Source: Promethearchaeota archaeon
GTDB lineage: Archaea > Asgardarchaeota > Lokiarchaeia > Sigyniarchaeales > SOKP01
Reading direction: 5' to 3'
DNA: 64,000 nt
Assembly (NCBI GenBank): GCA_016839765.1
Contig: JAEOTP010000007.1
Span: forward strand, 32,001 to 96,000
Part shown: in pieces, positions 49,069-59,788 of the stretch
Numbering within the stretch: the stretch's first letter is position 1
Layout: each line of letters starts with the position of its first letter
The notes under the pieces: generated by a model
Seen by the model: only the letters and a program-made list of their open reading frames with translations
What the model was told of the DNA's origin: nothing
Databases searched by the model: none
Position numbers and translations under genes: made by a program

Positions 49069-49611
49069 ATGGAAAAAGATAATCTTTTAATTAGAGTAAA
49101 TATAATCGTTGGATTGATTATAATAATATTGGCAATTCTAACAATTATTTTTGCAAACATTCTCTTACTTACTTTAATGCTTCTTTTATCAATTGCCCTC
49201 TTATTCGTAGGGATAGGAAGAATTTCCAATGCATTCTTAAATGAAAAGTTGAATAAAATTGGGAAAGCGCTAAAATACTTTACAGGTATTTTAGCTATTG
49301 CTGTCAGTATTTCCATAATGATTATAACAATGATAAATCCGACGTTCTCGATTTTAATTTTAATAAATTTAGTCGGCTATACACTCCTTGCAATAGGTAT
49401 TGCCCGAATATTCGTTGGAATTATGATGGAAAAGTATTCGAAGAAGTATAGGTTCATTTTAATCATAGTTGGTATTGCTAGTTTAATATTTGCATTTTTA
49501 GTTGTTATTTTCCCAACATTCGGTTATTTCGTAATAGTGATTTTATTGTCTCTATCATTACTATTCAATGGTTTTGCAAGAATATCATATGCTTTATCAA
49601 AGATAAAGTAA
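49069..49611 (+). CDS. HdeD/DUF308-like membrane protein
   Basis: Six TM helices with repeated LLxxGxxRI. Confidence 0.65.
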   Translation: MEKDNLLIRVNIIVGLIIIILAILTIIFANILLLTLMLLLSIALLFVGIGRISNAFLNEKLNKIGKALKYFTGILAIAVSISIMIITMINPTFSILILINLVGYTLLAIGIARIFVGIMMEKYSKKYRFILIIVGIASLIFAFLVVIFPTFGYFVIVILLSLSLLFNGFARISYALSKIK

Positions 49612-50101
49612 AAATTAATTTTAGAAAAAATTATTTCTAAATAACCTAATTTTTCTTCTTTTTCTTTTATTTCTGTTATTGATGCTTCACAATTTAAAGG
49701 TGGTGCCCATTGAACTTTAATTATTTTAATAGCTAATCTTTAAGCTTCCAAAATTCTGATTTCTTTCTTAAACTTAAAAAATCCTTTATGAAATTCATTT
49801 TCGCTCATAATATTCTTTATATGATTAATAATCTCAGAATTCGTATGTTTTTTTTGTATTACTTAAGGTAATTTTAAACCTATACTATATAGGAAATTCG
49901 TAATATTCGATATTGATAAGTCCTCTAGGTCATAGCGGTATTTTTTATAAAAAAAAGAAGCGATAAATAGATTATCTTAAGAATATTTTAGAGCAATAAG
50001 ATTTTAACGTAGTTTTTCCACAAAGTTTTTTATATATTCTAAAATTTTTTATTATTTGAATATAAATTTAATTAAAATCAATATTCCTATGATTTATTAA
50101 A

Positions 50102-51091
50102 ATGAGCCAGATTCAGATAAATCTTCCTAATGAACCGAAGACCCTTACAGAATCCTTAATAACTGCTTTAAATGAGAGACTTAACATTAAAAATATGATT
50201 TTATTAGAAGGAAATAACAATTCACTAGTCATTATTCGCTGCCAAAAGGATTCGGTTGCTAGAGTACTAGAAGTACTGAACGCATTAGGAATAGGAATTA
50301 AATATGGGATAATAGATATCTTAAAATTACAAGTAACGATTCCAGAGTTAAAAGAGGAAGAATTAGATGTTTCCGAAGAGCTTTCGAGCAGAGTATCTGT
50401 AGAAGAAATCGAATCCACAATAAAAGAAGGAATGGAATTAAATATAGAGTTTTATCTCTTTATTATGATTGCTGCTTTCATCGCAGGGGCAGGACTTATT
50501 TTAAATTCTGCTGCTGTTATTATCGGGTCAATGATTATATCTCCATTAATGGGACCGATTCTTGGTGTTTCATATGGAATGATAAGTAAAAATTATATCT
50601 TAGTTAAAAAGGGAATACTCGGACAATTGCTAAGTGTTATTATCGCAATAGGAATTGGAGTTTTACTGGCAAGCTTAGCTTTCCTTATTTATAGTTCACC
50701 CTCCATAACAAATGAGATGATGAGTAGAAATTTTCCAACGATTTTTGATTTAATCGTTTCTATCGGTGCCGGCTTAGCTGTAGGTTTTGCTATCTCGGGT
50801 AAAATACAATCTTCTTTGGTAGGGATCGCTATTGCGGTATCGTTAATGCCTCCTGCCGTTAATATTGGAGTAACACTAATTTACGGAAATTTACTTTTGT
50901 CATTTGGAAGTTTTGTCCTTTTAATGTCAAATATTCTTGCGATTAATTTAATGGCAATTTTAATATTTAAACTTAAAAAAATAAAAATTTTGGAAAAAAA
51001 ATACCTTTTCTGGAAGGGTCCTGAGGAAAAGCCGGGTCAATTAAGTTTGGGTGTAAAAATAGTTAAAAAAAAACCTAAAAAGGCTAAATAA
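50102..51091 (+). CDS. TIGR00341/DUF389-family membrane protein
   Basis: NSAAVIIGSMIISPLMGP and VGIAIAVSLMPP motifs. Confidence 0.85.
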   Translation: MSQIQINLPNEPKTLTESLITALNERLNIKNMILLEGNNNSLVIIRCQKDSVARVLEVLNALGIGIKYGIIDILKLQVTIPELKEEELDVSEELSSRVSVEEIESTIKEGMELNIEFYLFIMIAAFIAGAGLILNSAAVIIGSMIISPLMGPILGVSYGMISKNYILVKKGILGQLLSVIIAIGIGVLLASLAFLIYSSPSITNEMMSRNFPTIFDLIVSIGAGLAVGFAISGKIQSSLVGIAIAVSLMPPAVNIGVTLIYGNLLLSFGSFVLLMSNILAINLMAILIFKLKKIKILEKKYLFWKGPEEKPGQLSLGVKIVKKKPKKAK

Positions 51092-51296
51092 GAACTGCAG
51101 AGGAAACAATTAGATTTAGATAAACTATTATCGATTCTGCATTCATTTTGAATCACCATTTTTAGAAATTATCCTTTAATACTATTTAATATACTTTTCA
51201 TAATAGATTTATAAATTTATTTTTATATGCATAACATATAAATTAAACTTCTTTCTAACTACCTAAATACCAATAAAAATAATAGGTGATTTTGTA

Positions 51297-51965
51297 ATGG
51301 AAAATCTTGATACTCTTGAAAGAGTTGCAAAAGAAAATTTAAGTATAGCAAAAAATGAAATAAGGGTTGCAATGAATTCTAAAAATATTGCGAAATTTGA
51401 AATAAAAAAAGCTAAAGCTAGAGAAACACTCGTAAAAAAGGAACTTGAATTAACAAGAATTAGAAAAGATTTAGCTGAAGAGACAACAAAATTAATAAAT
51501 CGTAAACTGAAAGCTAAAGAACTTTTAAATTTATCAGATTCTGGACTGAAAATTGAAAAAGATCAAGCTGTTTTTAACGAAAAAGTGGCCGATATCCAAG
51601 AAGAAATCGCAGAAATTCATAAAAAAATTGCGAAAACTGAAAAAGAAATAGCTGAAGAAAACAAAAAACTAATGGATGAAAAAATAGATATTGCGAAAGA
51701 AAGAGAGAAATTAGGAAAAAGACAATTATTTTATATCAAACTTGTCAGAAGTTCAGCAATAGAAGAAAAAATAGCCTCTGCTAACGACGATTATCTTTCT
51801 CAACAAAAAAAGTTAAATAAAACTGAGAGAAAAGCTATCGAAAAGAATGAAGATCTAAAAAAATTACAAAATAGGTTATCTGATTTAAAAAGAGAGCTTT
51901 CTATAAAATTATCTGAACGGGAAAAAGTAAGACCATCACCATCCACTCCAACTACTGATTTATAG
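51297..51965 (+). CDS. Coiled-coil hypothetical protein
   Basis: AGGTGA RBS; E/K-rich heptad pattern throughout. Confidence 0.7.
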   Translation: MENLDTLERVAKENLSIAKNEIRVAMNSKNIAKFEIKKAKARETLVKKELELTRIRKDLAEETTKLINRKLKAKELLNLSDSGLKIEKDQAVFNEKVADIQEEIAEIHKKIAKTEKEIAEENKKLMDEKIDIAKEREKLGKRQLFYIKLVRSSAIEEKIASANDDYLSQQKKLNKTERKAIEKNEDLKKLQNRLSDLKRELSIKLSEREKVRPSPSTPTTDL

Positions 51966-52041
51966 GAACTTTCTTTCTAAATTTATTTAGCAAATAGAAA
52001 AAGTAAAATATTAATCAAAATTGAATATATAAAATTAAAAT

Positions 52042-52815
52042 TTGAAATTTGGTTTGGGTTGGATTATGCTTTTTCAGGATTTATTTTCAGTTGTAATAAA
52101 TTGGTTAGCTGATAACTTTGTTCCATTGTTAATTTCGGCTATCGTAATCATTGTAGGATATGTGATACATTTAATTCTTAAACGACAAATAAAAAAATTA
52201 GAAAGAAAACATAAATTAAATGAAAGTACCTCTAGAAATTTAACAAAGGTTCTAAAATATATTATAGTTTTAATAATAATATCAGCAGTATTTTTCCAAT
52301 TCGCTGAAAGTTTAGGTTTAATTACTACTTTATTTTCTTTGGTCGGTGGTACAATAATAGGTTTTGCTGCTATGAGTACACTTGGAAACGCTATTGCAGG
52401 GTTTATAATTATGCTTTCACGACCTTTCTCTGTAGGCGATAGAATTTTATATGATAATAACATTGTCGATATTACAGATGTTAAATTGATATTTACAACT
52501 ATGGTTGATCTTAACGGAATAAAGATCTCAGTACCCAATCAAAAATTATTGTCAAATGAGATTATTGATTTCGGAAAAAATTCTATAATCAGGAGAGAAA
52601 TTACTATAACACCTGGATTTGAAGAAGATCGAAATAAAGTAGAAAAAGTTTTGTTGAATTCTGTTAAAATTGTACCGCAAGTTTTAGAAAACCCTGAACC
52701 ATACGTTTGGATAAACAGTTTTCAAAACTATGCTGTAGAATATAAATTATTTGATATAATATCGATATTAGGACACCTCTTCTTCATCGCCAAATTAATG
52801 ATTAAAACTTATTAG
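52042..52815 (+). CDS. MscS-family mechanosensitive channel; C-terminus apparently damaged by a frameshifting deletion
   Basis: GFAA..LGNAIAG, RPFSVGDRI and VPNQ motifs. A native-looking tail, YNIDIRTPLLHRQIND*, is in another frame at 52755-52805. Confidence 0.75.
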   Translation: MKFGLGWIMLFQDLFSVVINWLADNFVPLLISAIVIIVGYVIHLILKRQIKKLERKHKLNESTSRNLTKVLKYIIVLIIISAVFFQFAESLGLITTLFSLVGGTIIGFAAMSTLGNAIAGFIIMLSRPFSVGDRILYDNNIVDITDVKLIFTTMVDLNGIKISVPNQKLLSNEIIDFGKNSIIRREITITPGFEEDRNKVEKVLLNSVKIVPQVLENPEPYVWINSFQNYAVEYKLFDIISILGHLFFIAKLMIKTY

Positions 52816-52831
52816 TATTATAAAAATAGTT

Positions 52832-53932
52832 TTAAATCCATTTTTTTCTTTTGAAGAAATATATCATAACTGCTGTAATTGAGGACATTATGATGATTAA
52901 TATTGGATAAGCAAATGGATTTGAAAATTCAGGCATATACAAAAAGTTCATTCCATAAAAACCTGCAAGAAACGCCAAAGGCATGAATATTGTAGATATA
53001 ATAGTTAAAACTTTCATAATTTCGTTCATTCTATTACTTACACTTGAGAGATACATATCTAACATTCCAAAGATAATGTCACGATAGTTCTCTAGTAAGT
53101 CAGTTATTCGAAAAATATGATCATAAATATCTCGCAGATAAATTTGGAGTTCATCTTTTATCAATTTTGATTGTTCTCGTTGAAGTTGATTAACAACCTC
53201 TCGCATAGGCCAAATTAATTTTCTGATATCAATAGTTTTTCTCTTTAAATTATAAACTGCTTGCAAAGTTTCAGGTTTGGGATTTTGTATTAATTCATCT
53301 TCAATGCTCTCTATAATTTCTCCAATTGATTCTAATACAACAAAATAATTATCTATAATCACATCTATCAAGGTATAGATCAAATAATCAGGACCCATTA
53401 TTCGCACTTTACCTTTGGGAATTCTAATTCTTTCCAAGATCGGATTAAAGATTTCAGATTCTTGTTCTTGAAATGAAATAGCAAAATTTTCTCCAAGAAT
53501 TAGACTTATTTGCTCGTTATCGAAATCTTCTTTTATATTATTATAAAATAATCGCTTAACAACAATGAAAACATAATCTTTATAATCTTCAAATTTAGAA
53601 CGCTGATTTGGATTTAAAACATCTTCTAAAACTAGAGGATGAAGATTAAACTGTTTACCTAAACTTTCTATTAATTCTATGTTTGAAAATCCTGTAACTT
53701 TTATCCATCTGTTAAATGATTTTTCAATTCTGGTGTAATCAATTTGAAAGGTTTCTAAATCTTGAATATTATATTTTTGTTCATTATAATCTATTATTGA
53801 AACTTTTGTTTCTATTTCACGTTTTTCTCCAGTATATTTTAAAGTTCCGGGGGGAAGTCCAACCTTTTCCTTCCTTTTACTTGATTTAAATGCTTTTTTT
53901 AATGGGTCAATAAATTTCTTCATATATATCAA
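52832..53932 (-). CDS. corA: Magnesium/cobalt transporter CorA
   Basis: GLPPGTL, HPLVLED, YGMNF and MPE motifs. Confidence 0.95.
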   Translation of the reverse strand: MIYMKKFIDPLKKAFKSSKRKEKVGLPPGTLKYTGEKREIETKVSIIDYNEQKYNIQDLETFQIDYTRIEKSFNRWIKVTGFSNIELIESLGKQFNLHPLVLEDVLNPNQRSKFEDYKDYVFIVVKRLFYNNIKEDFDNEQISLILGENFAISFQEQESEIFNPILERIRIPKGKVRIMGPDYLIYTLIDVIIDNYFVVLESIGEIIESIEDELIQNPKPETLQAVYNLKRKTIDIRKLIWPMREVVNQLQREQSKLIKDELQIYLRDIYDHIFRITDLLENYRDIIFGMLDMYLSSVSNRMNEIMKVLTIISTIFMPLAFLAGFYGMNFLYMPEFSNPFAYPILIIIMSSITAVMIYFFKRKKWI

Positions 53933-54119
53933 TATTTTTTAAGGATAGGATTACAACTTGGAATATTATACTAATAAGCTTGTTAATATCTTAAAAATTT
54001 CGTTTATTTTAAAATTTATAATATTTTTAATAAACGTTAATTTATTTTTTAATAAAAAAATATTTAAATGTAGAAAAAAATACTTAAAACTATAAAATTC
54101 CGTGAGTTAATATTTTGAT

Positions 54120-55061
54120 ATGAAAAGGATATATAAGATTTTCATTTGGTTGGTAAGTATTGGAATTATTTTAGTGATATATTTTTTTGTAATAAGGAGA
54201 TATCTGGATTTTCTTATAGGTTATGAATTATTAATAAATATAATTATTTTAAATATAATCGCTTATTTCTTAAGGTCTTTTTTCATAAACCTAACCCAGG
54301 GTTTAACTAAAAGCTTATTAGCTCGTTATATCATTATGATAATAATAAACATAGCATGGTTTATATTTCCTTTTTGGCTAATTTTTATTATTTCGCCGAT
54401 TTTTTTTATAGCAATTATATCCTTTTTAGTAGTTGCAATATCGTTAACATTTCAGAATATCATCAATAATATTGCTTCGGGTGTAATGCTTTTATCATCA
54501 GAAGGCTTTGAAGCTGGTGATTTAATTGAAACAAATGGAATTGAAGGCTTAGTAAAAGAGATTACTTTAAACTATTTAAAATTAGAAGATTTTGATGGAT
54601 CCTTAACCTATATTCCAAATAAGAATGCTTTTAACTCATCAATAGTTCGTTATACTCATAAACCTGTTGAAAAAGAAATAAAGTTAGGTATTTCGGATAT
54701 TGTTAAAAAATTTGGAACGATCTTAACTAAAGAAAAAAAATTTACTCGTTATATTAAAGTTGTGGAACTTTTAGGTTCAGTAGATCCAGAAAAGCTTGTG
54801 GAATTATTAAAACCTGTATTTGATAAGTATGAATCTATATTAGGGACAAGACCTTATTACTATGCTAATTATACAATCAGTGCAATAACTACTCGATTAA
54901 GTATTACTATACAAATTATGTCAGAGGATCCAAAACTAATCTTAACATATACTGATCCATTAATGAGGGAGATTCTTTTTAAAATTTATGATAAAGAAGT
55001 AAATTATGGATGGAATTTTGAGGAAAGATACAATTCTAATCATGGTTTAGAGGTAGAATAA
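54120..55061 (+). CDS. MscS-family protein
   Basis: QNIINNIASG, FEAGDLIE and YIPN motifs. Confidence 0.8.
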   Translation: MKRIYKIFIWLVSIGIILVIYFFVIRRYLDFLIGYELLINIIILNIIAYFLRSFFINLTQGLTKSLLARYIIMIIINIAWFIFPFWLIFIISPIFFIAIISFLVVAISLTFQNIINNIASGVMLLSSEGFEAGDLIETNGIEGLVKEITLNYLKLEDFDGSLTYIPNKNAFNSSIVRYTHKPVEKEIKLGISDIVKKFGTILTKEKKFTRYIKVVELLGSVDPEKLVELLKPVFDKYESILGTRPYYYANYTISAITTRLSITIQIMSEDPKLILTYTDPLMREILFKIYDKEVNYGWNFEERYNSNHGLEVE

Positions 55062-55063
55062 GC

Positions 55064-55969
55064 ATGGCAATATTTAATACAGATTTGGAAGCATTAATAT
55101 ATCTCTTAATCGTTGTAGTTGGTTTTTATCTTCTTAGTAAATTGATCTCTTCAACAATTGGTAAAAGTAAAAAAATAGCTTTAAAGCAAAAAATAATTAT
55201 TAATTTTGCTTTTAAAATCGCTAATGTTCTTGTTATTATTTTTTTTATTATTGAGGGTTTCCCTTCTATTTCTTTAATTGATCCTGCTTATACTGCGATA
55301 CTTACGAGTGCAATTAGTACTGCGATAGCGTTTGCATCTAGCGGTATATTTGCAAATTTTATTTCAGGGATAGTCATTATGTTAGTACGACCATTTGAAG
55401 TTGATGATTTGGTCAAAATTGAAGGAGACAAGGGAATCGTACGAGCAATTAATTTAACAAAGACAAAATTAGAAACATTTGATAATATTATAATTGAAAA
55501 ATCTAATGCTCAAGTTCTTTCGTCAAAAGTTGTAAATTATACAGTTAAACTAGGCAAAAAAAAAACTTTTGAAGATTTTAAGAGTAAGATCTTAGCACCT
55601 CAGGATATTGGATTTAAAGATTTTTATGAAGGAATTCCAGATACTAAAAAAGACCTTGAAACTAATTTGAGAAAGGCCTATGAATCATTTTCAACTAAGC
55701 ACTACCCAAAGCTTTATAATTTTACCTTTAGGATGGCTTTTCCTTATAAAGGATTTCGGTTAATGATGAGGAAAGTCGCAGAATTATGTAGTTTATATAA
55801 TGAGAAGAATATTTTTAAGATAAAACCCCAATTCGATGTTATAAATTTTAATATTAATATCATAGTCAAATTTAGGTTATTAACATTTAAGGCTCAAAAA
55901 ATTTTTGACTTTCAACCAAAATTTGCTCAAGATGTTTATAATATAATTTATAGCCACAAAAATCTATAA
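55064..55969 (+). CDS. MscS-family protein
   Basis: FANFISG and RPFEVDDLVKIEGDKGIV motifs. Confidence 0.8.
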   Translation: MAIFNTDLEALIYLLIVVVGFYLLSKLISSTIGKSKKIALKQKIIINFAFKIANVLVIIFFIIEGFPSISLIDPAYTAILTSAISTAIAFASSGIFANFISGIVIMLVRPFEVDDLVKIEGDKGIVRAINLTKTKLETFDNIIIEKSNAQVLSSKVVNYTVKLGKKKTFEDFKSKILAPQDIGFKDFYEGIPDTKKDLETNLRKAYESFSTKHYPKLYNFTFRMAFPYKGFRLMMRKVAELCSLYNEKNIFKIKPQFDVINFNINIIVKFRLLTFKAQKIFDFQPKFAQDVYNIIYSHKNL

Positions 55970-56052
55970 AATTAGTAGATTTACAACTTTTATTATTTAT
56001 TTTTTAAGTTACTTTTTATTTATTATAATTATAAAAGGAAAGGTGATTATAA

Positions 56053-56673
56053 ATTTTAATAAAACATAGGGGATATGAACCTAAAGTAGATCCTTCAGTA
56101 TATATTGCACCTAATGCTCTTCTTGTAGGTAGAGTTAAGGTTGGTAAAAATTCGCGGATAATGTATGGTTCAGTTCTAGATTCAGAAGGCTCTAAAGTTG
56201 AGATTGGTGAATGTTCAATTATCTGTGAAAATGCCGTTCTTAGAGCGACAGCAGCAGGGAACAAGGAGTATCCTGTATTAATCGGTAATAATGTTTTCAT
56301 CAGTCCTCAAACGACTCTTATTGGTTGTAGAGTTGAGTCTTTTTCTTACATTGCTACAGGGGCAACTATTTTACAAGGTGCAATAGTTCATTCTGGAGCT
56401 GCTGTAGCTGTTGGCGCCTTTGTCCATTCATATACCGTAGTTCCGAATAAATTCTTTATTCCTCCTAATACTATAGCAATTGGAGATCCCATTAAAATAT
56501 ATAGCCCTGACGAAAAAGAAAAATTGGCAGAAGCCATAGCGTCTATAGGCTTTGCTAAAATTGCCTTTAATGCTGATGCAGAATGGGACGATCGTTTTGC
56601 AAGATATAAACAAGCCACAGAAACTAGATCTAAGGAATTTGAAAGTCATTTTAAAGATAAAATACTAATGTAA
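56053..56673 (+). CDS. Gamma-carbonic-anhydrase-like hexapeptide-repeat protein (probable ATT start)
   Basis: AGGTGA-TTATAA-ATT, then LIKHRGYEPKVDPSVYIAPNALLVGRVKVG upstream of the track ATG. Confidence 0.85.
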   Translation: MLIKHRGYEPKVDPSVYIAPNALLVGRVKVGKNSRIMYGSVLDSEGSKVEIGECSIICENAVLRATAAGNKEYPVLIGNNVFISPQTTLIGCRVESFSYIATGATILQGAIVHSGAAVAVGAFVHSYTVVPNKFFIPPNTIAIGDPIKIYSPDEKEKLAEAIASIGFAKIAFNADAEWDDRFARYKQATETRSKEFESHFKDKILM

Positions 56674-56720
56674 TTAAATTGATTAAATAATTTTCCAAAA
56701 ACACGTTAAATTGAAGCAAA

Positions 56721-57311
56721 ATGTTTCATAACATACCTGAAGTTATAAAAAAAAGAATGAAATATTTAGAGAAAATTGATTCTAAAGATAGGCTCGATGG
56801 AACGCCCCGAATGAAAAGACTTCGTCAAATACCTCCTGATACAGGAAAGTTTCTATCAATTATGGCTGCTAGTGCTCCAAAGGGAAATTTTTTAGAAATT
56901 GGTACTAGCGCAGGTTACTCTACCCTCTGGATTGCATTAGCTTGTCAATATAGAAGAATCAAAATGAAAACTTTTGAAGTGTTAAAAGAAAAAGTTCAAA
57001 TGGCTAAAGAAACATTCAAAGTTACCAACATGAACAATTTCATTGACCTAGTTGAAGGTGATGCTCGTAATTATTTAAAGGGTATTAAAAATATTGCTTT
57101 TTGCTTTTTAGACGCTGAAAAAGAAGTTTACGAAGAATGCTATGATTTAATAATTCCAAATATGGTTAAAGGAGGACTCCTTATTGCGGATAATGCTATC
57201 AATCATTATGAAACTCTAAAACCAATGATCGATAAAGCTTTAGCCGATAATCGGGTAGACGCGATGGTTGTTCCAATTGGAAAAGGAGAATTACTATGCA
57301 GAAGAATTTAA
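56721..57311 (+). CDS. SAM-dependent O-methyltransferase
   Basis: [19 protein letters not shown] and GGLLIADN motifs. Confidence 0.88.
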   Translation: MFHNIPEVIKKRMKYLEKIDSKDRLDGTPRMKRLRQIPPDTGKFLSIMAASAPKGNFLEIGTSAGYSTLWIALACQYRRIKMKTFEVLKEKVQMAKETFKVTNMNNFIDLVEGDARNYLKGIKNIAFCFLDAEKEVYEECYDLIIPNMVKGGLLIADNAINHYETLKPMIDKALADNRVDAMVVPIGKGELLCRRI

Positions 57312-57387
57312 TAAGATTTAGTACTCGTTACTTTTTTAATTATATACCTTTCAAATATTAGTAAGATTCATACCCAAAGATGAGATT

Positions 57388-57575
57388 AAAAAATGAATTA
57401 AATTGGTACATTACATATATATCCTCCGGTTAAATGTACCACTAACTCCGTTCTGCTGAAGTGTAGCAATAGTATTTAATCGCTCTGGATTAGGAGGACT
57501 TCGCCTTGAATCACCTACCCTTGTTACAAGTAAGGGTGCTGAAGTGCTCCCAAAAACCCTATTTGAAGTCGATTA
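57388..57575 (-). ncRNA. Candidate structured non-coding RNA, family unassigned
   Basis: GC-richer island between convergent genes; nested helices with G-U pairs on the minus strand, a 3' 9-bp hairpin and a U6 tract. Confidence 0.45.
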
Positions 57576-57673
57576 TGTATAGATTTGATAACAATATCGT
57601 TAAAGTAATCAAATTTTAATAAAAATATTTCTTTTATTATGGAAATATCTAAATCGCAGAAAGAAACACTTTT

Positions 57674-58570
57674 TTAATTTAATAGATCTAAAAATCTGTT
57701 TAAAATAGCATGATATTCATCTCTTTTGAGTAAAGTGCCCATATGCCCTACATTCTCAAATATTATTTCTTCCACATTGGGATATTGACTTTTTAAATCC
57801 TCATGATAAGGAAATCCATGATCATCATTTGCTGTATAAATAAGAACTTTACCATCCCATCCGTAATAATCTTCTATATTGTATTTTTCACCATTGAATT
57901 CACCTGTGAGAGTTGATTGGCATAGTATGACACTTTTCTCTATTTTACTAAACCTTTCTTTTGCAAATGCCATTGCAAAATTAAACTCCTCCCGAATTTC
58001 AGTAATCATTTCTTTGTTTTCATTGGCTAATTTCAAAAGTTTTTTTGATATCAACTTCCTTAATAGAAAAGCCGGTATGAATTTAAACACCTTTTTCATT
58101 TTTTTAAAATCGTTTACCCATTCATATCTTGGAGGATAACTATTGATAAGAATAAGCGCCTCTATATTTTTATAATTTCTATGGAAATACGGTTGAGCCA
58201 TAAAACTTCCAAAACTCTGACCTATTAATATATATTTTTCCACATTTTCTATTTTTAGAATTTCATTTACGCCTTCACTAAATTCATCCAAACTTTCAAA
58301 ATTAGTAATTGATGGGGCAATAACCCTATAGTTTTTTTCAAAAAATCGTATAGCTTGAAAATTACCCTCGGCATTCCCAAGTGCTCCATGAAAGGCAAGA
58401 ACTGTTTTTTCACCAGTTCCACAACTTATATATTCTAGTTCCTTATTTCTGAACATTATAGTTTTTATGGGATGATTTTTTCTATAATCCACAAGGCGTT
58501 GATAAAGTTCCGGGGTTACATCCTTATAAAATTTGAAATTCCTTTGGTTTTTCATCTCTACCACCTTCAC
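57674..58570 (-). CDS. Alpha/beta hydrolase
   Basis: FHGALG, GQSFG nucleophile elbow and GHM motifs. Confidence 0.85.
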   Translation of the reverse strand: MKVVEMKNQRNFKFYKDVTPELYQRLVDYRKNHPIKTIMFRNKELEYISCGTGEKTVLAFHGALGNAEGNFQAIRFFEKNYRVIAPSITNFESLDEFSEGVNEILKIENVEKYILIGQSFGSFMAQPYFHRNYKNIEALILINSYPPRYEWVNDFKKMKKVFKFIPAFLLRKLISKKLLKLANENKEMITEIREEFNFAMAFAKERFSKIEKSVILCQSTLTGEFNGEKYNIEDYYGWDGKVLIYTANDDHGFPYHEDLKSQYPNVEEIIFENVGHMGTLLKRDEYHAILNRFLDLLN

Positions 58571-58821
58571 TTTTTATCTTACCTAAAATTTTTTCTAGCT
58601 ATTTAGGCATAACTAATTTTGAAATATAAATATTTTCATTTTTTTATGGAATTTGAATAATTTATTCAAATTTTGCGCCAAATACTGCAATTTTCATAAA
58701 TACAATTTTAATAAGATATTTTAAATACTTTTTTTTATAGATGAAAAATTTATGTTTTTTAATTAGTTATTACATATCATATACTTAATTTGATTAATAA
58801 TAGAAATAAGTTTCGTGTATA

Positions 58822-59706
58822 ATGCCAAAAGTGAAGATAAATAATATAGAGATTGAATATGAAACAATTGGGGATCCTACTTCAAAACCACTATTATTGA
58901 TAGCGGGATTGGGAAGTCAGTTGCTTGCTTGGTCGGATGAAATTTGCGAAAATCTTGCAGATAGAGGCTTTTTTGTCATTAGATTCGACAACCGAGATAT
59001 AGGTTTATCAACAAAATTTGAGGATGCGGGCTTACCGAACTTTATGGAGATTAATACAGCCTATACTCGCGGAGAATTGCCTAAAGTACCTTATAATTTA
59101 GAGGACATGGCCGATGATGCTATTGGTGTCTTGGATGCTTTGAATATAGATAAGGCACACATCTGCGGTGCTTCCATGGGCGGAATGATCGCACAGGTTA
59201 TAGCATATAAACATCCCTCACGGGTGCGATCTCTCACGATAATTATGAGCACGACTGGAAATCCTACTTTACCACAAGCGAAGCCAGAAATCATGGCACA
59301 ATTCTTTGCTCCCGTTCCTTCAGAACGCGAGACATATATTGAAGAAATGGTCAAGCGAGATAGTCTCATTCAAGGCACCTTTGCTTATGATGAGGATCAA
59401 GGGAGGGATTACAGAACAAAAGAGTATGATCGCAGTTATTATCCCGAAGGGATAGCACGCCAATTAGCAGCTATGGCTGTTCCCGGTAATATTAAACCTA
59501 AAATTTCTGCAATACAAGCGCCTACTCTAGTCATTCATGGGAGGGAAGATCCATTTAACTCTATTGAAGCAGGAAAAGAGATCGCATCAACAATACCTGG
59601 AGCAGAATTATTGATTTTGGATGGAATGGGGCATAGTTTTCCTCGTGAAATCATGCCACGTATTATAAACGCATTAGTTATGAATAGCAACAAGAATTGC
59701 AATTAA
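58822..59706 (+). CDS. Alpha/beta hydrolase (esterase-like)
   Basis: RFDNRDIGLS, GASMGG, HGREDP and GMGH motifs. Confidence 0.9.
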   Translation: MPKVKINNIEIEYETIGDPTSKPLLLIAGLGSQLLAWSDEICENLADRGFFVIRFDNRDIGLSTKFEDAGLPNFMEINTAYTRGELPKVPYNLEDMADDAIGVLDALNIDKAHICGASMGGMIAQVIAYKHPSRVRSLTIIMSTTGNPTLPQAKPEIMAQFFAPVPSERETYIEEMVKRDSLIQGTFAYDEDQGRDYRTKEYDRSYYPEGIARQLAAMAVPGNIKPKISAIQAPTLVIHGREDPFNSIEAGKEIASTIPGAELLILDGMGHSFPREIMPRIINALVMNSNKNCN

Positions 59707-59788
59707 ATAATTCTAATTTTTCATATAATTTTTTTACTTTCATACATACCATGGTACTGCTAGAAAATATATAGTATAACTGAGATTC

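Noticed and set aside
49616-49808. Minus-strand ORF MSENEFHKG...LEA*RLAIK...
   Set aside because: Interrupted by TAA, which is not a known recoding codon here, with no recognisable family. At best a small pseudogene.
57388-57575. RNase P RNA or SRP RNA
   Set aside because: GCAGAACGGAGUUAGU resembles the RNase P 3' motif, but there is no matching GAGGAAAGUCC-like 5' strand. There is no SRP helix-8 motif, and the region is too short.
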